Source: Eledone cirrhosa (Eukaryota). From it: a DNA stretch of 64,000 nt. The position numbers and the translations under genes are program-made. Of this stretch, positions 1 through 12,604 are shown piece by piece. Location of the stretch: positions 144,026,001 through 144,090,000 of the forward strand of contig OZ024743.1 in the NCBI GenBank assembly GCA_964016885.1, written 5' to 3'. Numbering within the stretch: position 1 is the stretch's first letter; every line of letters begins with the position of its first letter. Under the pieces are notes generated by a model. That model worked only from the letters and a program-made list of their open reading frames with translations, was not told where the DNA came from and ran no database searches.

Positions 1-261
1 AACAACAAAGAATATGTTTTTGAATTCACTCTGTTGCAACTATTGAAACCACACCTCATCTTCCCACAGTATCCATCCCTGCCTATGTATTTCCTGCAGG
101 TGTTCAGCCAAGGTATCAGCCACATCAATATCTAGATGGGATTCAAAGGTTATGAGCACTCCTCCTCATACTCTTTCTTTGACTCGATCTACAAGAAATA
201 AAGCGTTAACCCCTCTGATACCAAACCCCATGATTCTATGATACAAAACTCTTCGTTTTAA

Positions 262-672
262 CCCTTTAGCATTTACATTACTCTATATATATTATTATAT
301 TTTCATGGTAAGGGCGGTGGATTGGCAGTATCGGTAGAGAGTTAGACGCCATGCTTTGCAGCATAGAGTTACGGCCCTTTACGGTCTGAGTTCAAATCCC
401 GCCGAGGTTAACTTTGCCTTTCATCCTTACAGAGTCGATAAAATAAAGTACCAGTAATGCACTGGGATAATTGCTGGCCTTGTGCCAAAAGTAGAAACAA
501 TTATATTTTCATGGTAAAGGCTTTATCTTACATAATATCAAATCGATGGGATTTTGATATTTATTTTGAGAAGAGTACCTTAACGTCAGTATGAGTGGCC
601 AGTTACAGCTGGTTTGAACAGAAAGAGGTGAGAAAATTCTGGCTGTATATGGCCAGTTTAAATGCTAAAGGG
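262..672. mobile_element. piggyBac-type MITE (inner)
   Basis: Perfect 14-bp TIR CCCTTTAGCATTTA / TAAATGCTAAAGGG, flanked by TTAA at 258-261 and 673-676. Confidence 0.8.
312..500 (+). mobile_element. SINE family A (tRNA-like head; central GCCTTTCATCCTTACGGGGTCGATAAAATAAAGTACCAG domain)
   Basis: A/B-box-like motifs TGGCAGTATCGG and GAGTTCAAATCCC; direct repeat TTATATTTTCATGGTAA at 295-311 and 501-517 (TSD); at least 7 similar copies in the window. Confidence 0.85.
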
Positions 673-2485
673 TTAAAGTATTTATCTTTATCTAAAAATC
701 TTCCATTGTAATTGTATATAAGAACCTTTGTTAAGTTATGTTCTAAACTCCAGCTTAATAATGAGAAAGTTATAATACAAAATCCCTCTAAAATCTTGAT
801 TATTTTCAATATTATTTGAAAATTATAAGTAACATCATTCATCAGAAAGAAATAAGGTATCAAAAGGGTTAAGGCTTCCATAGAAAGATATTTTAGCTTG
901 GGCATGTGTGTGTGTGGGTGGTGGGTGGGGGGTGGTGTATTTTGCTTATTTATTTTTTTGTTTTGTTTCATTTCTGTTCACTGATATTATGACAGAGTGT
1001 CACTGCATGCAGAAGTTAATACTCTCCCCTGCTAGATGTATGTTTGTTTTCTTTTCACTGGGGGTTTTCCTTTCCATTTTCCCTGTAAATAAAAATTTCC
1101 TAATGAAGTCGAGTCCTCTTTCAATGAGTCTAATTTTACTTTACATAATAAAAAAAATATGGGTGTTACCCAGGGATGCCAGCTGAAGAAGGTGTAATGA
1201 TGATGATGATGACCCCTTCCTCTCTTATCGTAGAGACTGTTTTGTAAATGTTATTTTTTAATTTTTTGCTCCTCCCAGCTCTGTATATCTTCTAGCATCT
1301 CTGGATCCGATCCCTGGGGTTACCTATTTCAAATATATAAAATCTAGAAGTAATAGCAGCTACTTAGGAGGAGAAAAATAGTAAATAAAAACATTGAAAA
1401 TTGTATAAAAACAATCATCATCTGATTGTAATAGGAGATGACTACAATTCTCCACCACCCATAACAGCTTTCATAATCAGTTGTGATCCTGTGGTCAGGT
1501 GATAATCCCTGGCCATCAGAAATATCTAAATTTCTATGAACACTCAAAATGCACAGAGCTTAATCAACAGATACCACAAAGCATCTTGTCTGATAGTCTA
1601 GCAATTCCACCAATCCACTGCCCTGAACTAATATTATATTTTATTGATCCTGTAAGTATGAAAGGCAAAGTTGACTTCAGTGGCATTTGAACTCGGAGTG
1701 CAGAGGGCCAAATAAAATACCATAAAGCATTTTAATCCAACACTTTAATGACTTCTATGTGAATAAAGAGATGATGAAGGAATGCAATAGGTGAAAGGAA
1801 GCTCTGTTGGAGGGGATATGTTTTACCCATGTGCAGTTATTCGTCTGACAACTATGGGGTTTCAGGTTCAGTCCTATTGTATGGCACCTTGGGAGTCTTT
1901 TACTGTAGCCTCAGGTTGATCAATACCTTAATAGACAGAAAGTGTGCAGAAGCCCATTATAGGTGTGTGCGTGTTGCCATGTTTATATCTATTGTTTGTT
2001 TATGTTCTGTAATTTAGTGATTGATAAAATAAGTACCATATTTGGAAAAAAATAATTACTGGTGTTTATATGATTGACTAAAATCCCTTCAATGTAGTGC
2101 CCCCAGCATGGCCATAGTCTAATGATTGAAACTAGAAAAAGAATAAAATAAACACCCTAAAAATGTTTTTTAAAATTTAGCTTTGATAAACTTTAGTATC
2201 TGTAATGAAACTCAAGCTATTACTTGATCTTAAAAATACTTTCTGTTTTTTAATTTTTTAATTTAACCTGTCTGTATATAATTTCCTACTAAAATTTACA
2301 TCAGAAAGCGTTAATTGGGAAGATAAGTATTTCTACTGCTTTATAACTGAATAGTTAGCATGGAGGTAAGTATATTGTTCTCCGGCCCCTACTCTAAGCA
2401 AGTAAACCATGCTGGTGCATGAATTTGAATAACTCAGGCTAGCTTGGAAAATTGATATAAAAATAATATAGTTTATAGTTAATAC

Positions 2486-2657
2486 TTTTGGCACAAGGCC
2501 AGCAATTACCCAGTGCATTACTGGTACTTTATTTTATCGACCCTGTAAGGATGAAAGGTAAAGTTAACCTTGGCGGGATTTGAACTCAGAATGGCAAGGC
2601 CCATAACTATGCTGCAAAGCATAGTGTCCGACTCTCTACCGATACTGCCAATCAACC
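2486..2657 (-). mobile_element. SINE family A copy
   Basis: Reverse-complement match to 312-500. Confidence 0.8.
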
Positions 2658-3379
2658 ATGATGGAACCAGAGTACAGTATTCTGTCAACTAGTTCCACTC
2701 TAATATTTTCTACTCTCATTGTACTGGCTTTCTTAATACATTCTTAATTATATGCACACATTTGAAATGTATGGAAAAATAGCAAAATTTATTACATATC
2801 TGGGTTTTTTCCATCCCTATTTACATAGAAATGATTATTGTTGTTTAGCCCAACTCTGTCCTGATTGAGTTAACCTCTGATGAAAAGCATGCTAGCCATC
2901 ACTGTTCCATCATTGTGTATATCTTGGCCTGTATTGTCCAAAGTGTCCTTCATGTTTTAAGTTAGTTAAGTATGTGATAATTTGAGGAAAATTTGATTGC
3001 TATTTCTATCCACTTTAGCAATCAGGTAGATCAGTGGTTCTTAACCTTTTCTTTAACCATGACATCTAAAATAATTTGATGTCCACCTCAATACAAATTA
3101 AAGTTTGGTGTTAAAAAGATTTAATAAATTTAGAAAATAATCAGATTGTACCCAATTTCAAAGTGATTAGCATAGAAGCTCTCGCGTTTTTTCCCCTACA
3201 AAATAAGAGTGCATCTTATACACTCACACATTTTATATTTTAGAAAATACAGTATGTACATTATACAAAAGCTGAACTTATTTAACATTAGCCAAACAGT
3301 TCATTATCATCATCATCATCATCTATTTCTATTATCAACTACAATTTGTACTTACACCAGGCATGTTGACATATGTGCC

Positions 3380-4310
3380 ACAGATTTCATTCTGCCATCA
3401 GTATCCTAGTTTCATTGTCTGTTGTGTGGCACTACTAGCTTTCATCAGGGTCTTGATTATGATTTTGGAAAGACACCAATAGTTTATTTTCTAATATGGT
3501 TGGTCCTAGATGATGACATAGTTGGCAGGCAAATTTGGGTATCTCAGACTGCAACCTTCTTATTGATCAATTAGTTGGGTTGCTCATTTGTCACTTTCAG
3601 CATACAGCGCTGGTGCTGAAGGTCACCTGCAGTATCTGAGTGCAGCAGACATCAAGGGACATAACCTTGTCTTCTTGAGTTGTTTGATGGGGTTGGAGGT
3701 CCATATATTCTTCATACAATTGAGTACTTTCCAGGCAAGGTCGTTATACACTTTGATGTTCCTTTTTGAGCCACCCATGAATGAGGACCTTCAACAGTTA
3801 TGAACAGCTTGTGGTCAGCTACATTGTAAATCACATATTCCATTGTTTTGGCATTAAGGTATAGAAGGACTTTGTTGCACTAAGTTTCTTCTCTTGGCAA
3901 ACGTGTCCGAGCATCTTGATTTCAGCTGATAGCAGTGTGATATTTCCAGCAAAGTCTAAATTAGTTAATGTCACCAAACTAACCTTTTGTGGCTTCCTTG
4001 CTGTAATGATGAAATCAAGCTTCCCATATTCTCTAGTTGCTAGCAGAAACATGACCCCAGTCTACAACTCAAACACTTTGATTTCACTGTCTGTTCTGAT
4101 TACTCATGCCATGTTGTGATATGTGGCCTCAATGGCTTGAAAGCTACAAGATGGGATTCCATATACCTTCAAGATCATTTTCCTCTCAATAGATTCAATC
4201 AACTGCTGTCTCCAACCCATACCAGCATGGAAAAAGAGACATAAAATGATGATGCTTTCTTGAAATTGATAAACGTTAAGACATTGGCTAAGTTGTTTCC
4301 TTTATCTCTT
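3380..4310 (-). mobile_element. Highly decayed RTE-clade LINE RT fragment (older subfamily)
   Basis: Minus-strand LTNLDFAGNITLLS resembles the RT motif DLDFADDIALLS; many stops and frameshifts. Confidence 0.55.
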
Positions 4311-4314
4311 CTAT

Positions 4315-4498
4315 GAATTGGCAGTATCGGTAGAGGGTTGGACGCCATGCTTTGACACATAGAGTTACGGCCCTTGCCATTCTGAGTTCAAATCCCGCGG
4401 AGGTTAACTTTGCCTTTCATCCTTACGGGGTCGATAAAATAAAGTACCAGTAATGTACTGGGTAATTGCTAGCCTTGTGCCAATAGTAGAAACAATTA
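4315..4498 (+). mobile_element. SINE family A copy
   Basis: Match to 312-500. Confidence 0.8.
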
Positions 4499-5087
4499 CT
4501 ATTTGAAGAGCCAGGATATGCATGACTTATCCCCATGTCAAGATGTCACTCTCGCCATTGAAAATGTAACAAACCAATTATAATACTAGTTGGAAATCTA
4601 TAACCAAAATGTATGACATACATTAAAAAATTAAATTTAAATTAATTGAAATACATTTATTTCTCTTCCTACACTTCAGTTCTGTAACAATTGGGCTATA
4701 TTACTATCTGTTCCCAGAATTTGCCATTTACCAAGCTGCGTTATCATTTTTGATACCAAACCAGCTGAAACCACACCTGGTTCTATGATACAAAATTTTT
4801 TATTTAAAAATGTTTATATTTACCTAAAAACCTTCCAACATAATTTTATGTAAGAAGCTTTATGTTCAAAGCACCAATTTAATAATGAGAAAGTTAGTTC
4901 TATTATTACTAAATCCCTCTAAATTCTTGAATTTTATCAAAATTAATTGAAAATTGTATAGAAATACAGTAATTAAAGGGTTAATATCTTAGAGCAACAC
5001 AAAGAAAATAATAATAGTTTCAAAGATAGACACCAGGCTATAAATTTGTAAAGAGAGAAACTGCAGATTGTATCGACCTCAGACTTA

Positions 5088-5258
5088 CTGTATTTCCCGG
5101 CACTGAAGACGCTTCGTCCTCGAGGATACACCCTAATTTTGACAACCAAAAATTTGAAAAAAAAACAGTAAACAACCTTCAGCCTCCAGGACGTATGGTA
5201 GATTTTTTTTAGACTTATTTTAGACAAAAAGTAGCATCTTCGATGCCGGAAAATACGG
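5088..5258. mobile_element. Tc1/mariner (Tc2/pogo-like) MITE
   Basis: About 25-bp imperfect TIR CTGTATTTCCCGGCACTGAAGACGC / GCATCTTCGATGCCGGAAAATACGG, with TA on both sides. Confidence 0.75.
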
Positions 5259-5635
5259 TAATTTACCTACCCTTAAGAGATTAACCCTTTTGTGACCATA
5301 TTTCTACCAAAAGACATTGCATAAACTTTGAAAATAACCAATAACCTGGAGGTATTTAAAATAATTTTTTCATTAAGCTTGTGTTTGAAACATAGCTTAA
5401 CAAAAGTACTTACATAAAATTATAATGGAATGCTTTTGATAAATATAAATATTCTAAAATAAAGTTTTGTATTGTAGAATTAAGGTAGTTGCAAGCAGTT
5501 AGGTATTGAAAGAGTTAAAAGAAGTAAAGTCAACTTTCAGCCAGATTTGAACTAAGACTATGAGGAGATACAATTAAACACTGCAAAACATTGACACATG
5601 CTCTAATAATCCTGTGAATCCAATAATAATAATAC

Positions 5636-5772
5636 TAACTAGCAGAATGGCCCAGCGTTGCTCGGAATTTTCTCTAGGGTTCTTATATATTTGATATATA
5701 TTTATCCTTATCGAGCCTCGTGAAATAAATACGTTTGTTTATATTTTGTTTATAAATCTGTACACAAATATA

Positions 5773-5815
<43 letters not shown>

Positions 5816-6205
5816 CAGTACAGAGAAGTATGGAATACCTCGGCCTCGGTCTACATTTTGTGCTTATAAAAAAATTTGTTGTAGATTACCAGGGTTTTTT
5901 CTGTGAGAAGAAAATCAATACTTTATCGCGAAATAAATACTTTTGTTTATATTTTGTTATTGTGTATGCAAAAATATCTGTACACGAATATATAATTATA
6001 TATATATTAAAATAACAAATTAAAGTTTAAGCAAAGAATCGCTGCTTTCACCCTTAACAGGATCTTCTGAAACTAAAAAAAATCAATCTATGAACGCAGA
6101 AGTAAATATTTCGAAAAACTTTACACACTATATATACATAGACACACACACACACACACTGCTCGAAAAACGTTATACACTATATATATATATATACACA
6201 CACAC

Positions 6206-6244
<39 letters not shown>

Positions 6245-6531
6245 TCATAATGTCGTAATGCAGACAGCCAGACATACAGACAGATATTACAAGAGCACAA
6301 CGTTATATCTATGTATCTATCTAAAAAGAAAGACTAGGAATTATAGAGAGAGATCGCTAAATCGTCTAATGCGGTCCCTAGGGCATTGAAAATTTTAAAT
6401 ATTTTTTGCTCAAAACACTCACATGACCATAAGTATTACATGTGTAAAGTTTGAAAACAATCAGTTAGATGGTTTTCAAGTTTTAGTGATCAGACAGGCA
6501 GACAGACATTCTCTGTTTTACATATATAGAT
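5636..6531 (+). mobile_element. Non-autonomous Helitron/Helentron-like element with internal microsatellites
   Basis: 5' end ACTAGCAGAATGGCCCAGCGTTGCTCGG; 3' end CATGTGTAAAGTTTGAAAA...ACAGACATTCTCTGTTTTACATATATAGA. A related 3' end lies at about 46960-47310. Confidence 0.5.
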
Positions 6532-7346
6532 AATGGTTTTAAATTTAGGTACAAGGCCATCCCTTTTGGAGTGGGGAAAATCAGTTAAATTTCAACCCCA
6601 ATACTTGGCTGGTACTTTATTTTATTGACTCTAGAGTGATGGAAGGCAAAGTTAACCTTGGCAGGATTTGATCTTAGTATGAAAAGGGCCATAACTAAAT
6701 GTTCCAGAGCCTTTAGTTTGATATTCTAACCATTCTGCCCATCTATCACCCTTCCAAACTATAACAACAACAATAATAATAGTAATGATTGATTGATTGA
6801 TCAGTTGCTGCAGAACTTTCATTGGTGACTACTGTGCTGAGAAGTAATTTGGTTGGAAAGAAAGTAAAGCCTGATACTTAGTGTTTAAGTTGAGGACATG
6901 CCATACAGTAGAACAGCTCTAACTTTAGTGGTTGAATATATATGATATGTGAGTGAGATTGCTGAAATTCTCATGTTTTCTTGCTGTTATGCATTAATAG
7001 CTATGTAGACAACTTAATATGCAAGTCTGGATTGAATAGCAAGAAAGTATATTGAAATAGTGTAGTGTTTGTGTGTTTGTCTATTTTGTGTTTTCCCTGC
7101 CGACCAATATATCTGTAACTATACATGCCTCATTGTTGCTCTTAAACTAATTGATGGTTCTCCAGTTTGTTTCAGTAAATATGTAATTACAACATAAAAC
7201 CAAGACAAGACAAAAAAATAAAGGACATACTAAAGTTATAAAATGCAACTGGTAGTCTGTCTTTATATGTGTGTCTGTGTGTGTAGGCTTCACCATTCTT
7301 AACATTGGTATGTGCATAGTTGTTTAAAAGAAAAAAAATGTTCACT

Positions 7347-7384
<38 letters not shown>

Positions 7385-7439
7385 GCACGATCCTGTAACC
7401 TGATTCTGTTGTTGCTTAACAAGTTTTTCCGTCCTCCTC

Positions 7440-8400
7440 TCTTCAAAGGTTTCTTGCTATTAGACTTTCCCCACAGTGTATACTCAATAATAAAAATACA
7501 AACTTATCTGCTAAACTTGTACTCCAAAATCTCCCAAAATCTTTCCTGAACATCATATACTTTCCTGTGGAGATAGGTATCAGATTCACTTTATGTACAT
7601 GCCTTGGACTAACTGCAAAGAAAAGAACACATATTCCGAGAAAATTGCCAGAGGCTGCTGAGAAAGTGAACTCCTACATCTGGCTCATAAGAGAGGATGA
7701 GTGCTGTGTCTAATAGAGTGAGGAACGTTTATTCAATAAAATTAAGTGTTTATATTGACTAAGATATTTAACTCTGGCACGTTAACTAACTCACATAATT
7801 TTGTGCTGCCATGCAGGTATTTTGTCACTAAAGTTGGTACATGACTTTCTAGATGAATATATTTAATATTTTCAAATCAGCAAAATTATGAAGTTATAGA
7901 TCCAGTTATTTTAATTGGATTAAATTGAAAAATATTATTATCATTAGCTTTATTTTCATTGCCTGCTGTCACTGTATTACCAAGCACAGCTCTGAATACC
8001 TATGGTGTATGGAGTGTTGTTTTTTGGTGTTATTGTTTCTGTTGTATTAAAAGTACTCTTCATAATATGTATGCAGTGTCTAGTAGTGCTATTTTCTGTA
8101 TGATGTATATATTCATGACTTATCATATACAGATATAAGTTTATTGTATACTTCAGCTGCTTAGTCCACAATTTAATATATATAAGTAACTATTAACGTA
8201 AGTGCTAATAATAAGCTAATTAATACATCTATTTCAGTGATACTATTTTATTTTATAGGGTTTATAAGCCCATCATTTATGTATTTTCTTGTGGTTGTTT
8301 AGCTGATAATGGTATCTTCTGATGAGGCCCCAATAAGCATGAAAAATACATTAAAGAGATTCATTATTTTTTCCAGTCACAATGGAAATATGAAATTCGA
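7440..8400 (+). mobile_element. Decayed Penelope-like (Naiad-type) 3' end: GIY-YIG relics plus degenerate hammerhead
   Basis: Peptide relics LGLTA, SYIWLIR and LTNSHNFVLPCRY resemble YIGLT, YIWxLK and LNxRSE..CRH. CTGATGA..GAAA at 8319-8344 with stem I TCTT/AAGA. Confidence 0.4.
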
Positions 8401-9959
8401 CATGTTTACATGTCTATATTCTCAATGTGTATATACACATTTATGCTGTCTTGGTTACCTCAGCACTGTATATATATATAGATACAAATTTGTGTGTGTG
8501 TCCTCACATAAACAAATGTATAAAAAGTATTTTATACACATTCTAAAAATATGCTTTGAGATTGATGATGATGATGATGTCGATGATTGAGTTAATACTT
8601 CATACAGCTAAGCTCAATGAAGCATGAGATGATGTTTGCTCACGCAGAACACACAGGGTCTATGAAACACCAACACCACTTATGATTAAACAAAAACCAT
8701 ATAAACAATGGGTGTTCTTAGACATAGCCAATTTTTGTTGCTATTGTTATGGTTCAAGTCAGCCATTACTCAGTTGACCTATTATCAAAGGCATTCCAAT
8801 CATGCCCATTGTGTTGCATAATATCTTGGAGTACATAGTATTTAATGTACCCCTTTCTTTTGAAGATGGCAAACATTCCTGCTGCGACCATCATATCCTT
8901 ATAGAAGTGTCTTGGATTACATTATACAATGTCTGTGGACACAGCTTTGTTGAAAAGTTAAGAGGTTCATTTTGTAATCATAAGCTCTCAGGTTCAATCT
9001 CACTTCAGCTAGTATCATTTACTATAGCTTAAATTTTATCCAGACTTCGTCAGTGAAATCGGGTAGAAGGACACTGTTTGGAAGTCTGTCAGATAGATTG
9101 TACCAGTAATTCAAAGGGCTAGCCTTGTTATACACTCTGTCATGCTTAATCTCTCCTATCTGTGGAATGCTCAGCAGTTGGACATTAATTTTACAAGCAG
9201 GCTGCCCCATTGATGAAACAACTAAAACATTCATTGTCAAAACTTGTGGTGATTCATAAAACAATTTCTTTTTTAAGAGATATTTCTAGAAATTTGAGCA
9301 ATGATGTATAAGCTCCCTCAAACCAATGCTAAATTCTATAGACATCTATGTTCAATTTGAAGTGAATCTATTATATTACACACAGGGAAGAGGGTAGAGA
9401 TATTTTGAGAAAGGCTCTTCATCAGAGAGAGAAACTTTAAATTGTTTATAATTCTTATTGTACTGACATTTGTGGTATGGATGAAATTGATGCTTCACAA
9501 TCATGAGGTCTCATATTTGATCAGCACTGTATGACATCTTGAGCAAGAGTTTTACTGTAGCCCTCAGTGACACAAGTGAAATACAAGACAATTGTTAAAA
9601 AAAAAATACATGAGAATTATTGCTATTCTCACCTGACTTAACAATGACTTCCTCCACCACCACTACCACCATCACACAGCCACACAACACAACCCCATTT
9701 AACTATACTCTTGCACACACTCATACTTACTTCCTCTTCCCCTCTCTCCATAATATTTCCATCATCACTGGTCCTATGGCTACCCACCTTATTCAACTAT
9801 AACAAAGCCTTGCGATGGCAATCACAACTCATCCTCTCCCACTGCATTAATACTTTTCACTACAAAATCCACATCACCCTACCCCCACATGCAGAGATAG
9901 ATTTGTTGTCATGGCAACTGGAAAAACATTACAACCATGACTGATGAAATGGACCTTGC

Positions 9960-10131
9960 CATATATATATATTTGTGTATGTGTATGTGTGTGTGTATAT
10001 ATATGTATATATATGTATGTATATATATATATATGTATATATATATATGTATGTATATATATATATATGTATGTATATATATATATGTATGTATATATAT
10101 ATATATGTATGTATATATATATATATGTATG

Positions 10132-10166
<35 letters not shown>

Positions 10167-10590
10167 GTATGTATATATATATATGTATGTATATATATAT
10201 GTGTGTATATATGTATGTATATATATATATATATATACATACATATATACACACATATATATACATACATATATATATATACATACATATATATATATAT
10301 GTATATATATATATATGTATGTATATATATATATGTATGTATATATATATGTATGTATATATATATATATATGTGTGTATATATGTATGTATATATATAT
10401 ATGTGTGTATTTATGTATGTATATATATGTTATTGTATATATATGTGTGTATTTATGTATGTATATATATGTTATTGTATATATATGTATGTATGTATAT
10501 ATATATTTATATATATATACATATATGTATATATATATTTATATATACATATATTTATATATACATATATATGTATATATATATATATAT
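9960..10590. repeat. (TA)n/(TATG)n microsatellite tract
   Basis: Direct inspection. Confidence 0.95.
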
Positions 10591-10654
10591 GTCGAATATT
10601 CATGTCGAATCTCGTTTATCGTGAACTCGTGCGCCGATTTTTCGATACTCGATC

Positions 10655-10692
<38 letters not shown>

Positions 10693-10696
<4 letters not shown>

Positions 10697-10929
10697 ATAA
10701 TAATAAATTTGAAGACTAAAATCCAAAGAGGGCTCGATAAGGATAAATATATATCAAATATATAAGAACCGTAGAGCAAATATTTATTAAAATAACAGAT
10801 TAAAGTTTAAGCAAAGAATCGCTGCTTTCACCCTTAACGGGATCTTCTGAAACTACTTTCAGAAGATCCCGTTAAGGGTGAAAGCAGCGATTCTTTGCTT
10901 AAACTTTAATCTGTTATTTTAATAAATAT
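10693..10929 (-). mobile_element. Fold-back element, family H1 (CAGAAGATCCC..GGGTGAAAG), inserted in a TA tract
   Basis: Palindrome 10780-10929 with 4-nt loop, plus a tail at 10693-10779. Near-identical single-arm copies at 21869-22028 (-) and 48911-49061 (+); fragments at 5672-5717 and 6005-6073. Confidence 0.75.
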
Positions 10930-10936
10930 ATATATA

Positions 10937-11032
<96 letters not shown>

Positions 11033-11713
11033 CATACAAATATAAATATATATGTACATATATATATATATATATACATACAAATATAAATATATATGTA
11101 CACATATATATATATATATATAAATATATTGGTAAACGGAATAGAAAATGCTGACAAATTGTTCACAGTTGAAAAATGGTTTAATTAGGAATAAAGGAGT
11201 ATTAGTGATTGTATGGGTTAGTATTCAGTTGTGGTTTTAAGTTTTTAAGTTTTTACCGGTTGCGCATTTCTAAATGCTTTTCAAAAATAATTTTGAGATA
11301 GAGTGTCCGTGCTGTTTGCTCTGATCTGATTAGTTTTGGGAATTCTACCTGTTTTTATGTTAAAAAAGTGGCTCCAGCGTTATTTTTGTGTTGCAAAAAT
11401 GCTTGTGGTCAAAACAATTTTGATTGGTCGGTAGAGGTCATGTGAATGTAAAAAGTTGATTTTGCGTCAAGACTGTTTTTATGTTAAAAAAGTGGCTCCA
11501 GCAAAAATTCTTGGTCAAAACAATTTTGATTGGTCGGTAGAGGTCATGTGGATAAAAAATTGGTTTTGCGCCAAGATTGAGAAATGACTCTTTCACAACA
11601 AATATGTGTGTATGTGTGTGTGTGTGTGTGTGTGTATGTGTGTGCGTGTGTGTGTGTGTAGTAGTAGTAGTACGGTGTTCGATGCTGCGACAATGGCCAG
11701 CAGCGATGTGTGT

Positions 11714-11730
11714 CAAATGGCTATTAAGAT

Positions 11731-11811
<81 letters not shown>

Positions 11812-12193
11812 GCAGAGTCATTCGAAGGTCAAAAGATATTTTTCAGCTTTTGTCTTATACGGAGAAGTGCGCGTGTGTGTGTATAAGTCTCTTTGTATGT
11901 TGATGTACGCGTGTGTATGTGTTTGTGTATATGTGTGTGTGTGTGTGTGGGTGGACCAGTATTTTTTTCCCCCTGGTAAAATGGTGTACATTATTCGATT
12001 TTTTCAGTAAAATCGGTTCTCTTAATAGAACATCAAAAATCTTAACAATAAAAGGTGTGAAATGATATTCACTATATATATATACACACATACATATATC
12101 CACTACATATATATATATATATATACATATATACATACATATATATGCACACATAAAAGCTGAAAAATATCTTTTGACCTTCGAATGACTCTG

Positions 12194-12263
<70 letters not shown>

Positions 12264-12280
12264 ATCTTAATAGCCATTTG
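11714..12280. repeat. Inverted repeat with ~130-bp arms (each containing GT/CA microsatellite) around a ~300-bp spacer
   Basis: 11714-11851 is the reverse complement of 12155-12280 apart from microsatellite length. Confidence 0.75.
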
Positions 12281-12319
12281 AATTCCTGATGATGATATAT
12301 ATATATATACAAATATATA

Positions 12320-12595
12320 TCATCATCATCATCATCATCACCGTTTTACGTCCGTTCTTCCACGCTAGCATGGGTTAGACGGGTTGTCCTGTTGTGGGCA
12401 GTGTCTGGTCGGCTGACCATGCCTTGCTCATACAGGAACTGATCTGGCTTGATTTCTACAGCTGGATGCCCTTCCTAACACCAACCTCATTTACAGTGAG
12501 TGCTGGGTGCTTTTTCGTGGCGCCTACACGTCCACTTTACAGTGTGGGCTGGGTGCTTTTTTGCCGTGGCACCTCCACGACCACCTTGCGGTGGG
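12320..12595 (-). mobile_element. 3' half of SINE family B with (TGA)n tail
   Basis: Reverse complement matches 40105-40325. Confidence 0.7.
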
Positions 12596-12604
12596 GGGGG
12601 GGGG

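Larger units (their letters stand above)
210..868. mobile_element. piggyBac-type MITE (outer), containing a nested MITE and a SINE
   Basis: TTAA at 206-209 and 869-872; terminal inverted repeats CCCCTCTGATACC / GGTATCAAAAGGG. Related decayed copies near 4750-4984, 27970-28210, 30320-30554 and 56347-56533. Confidence 0.7.
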
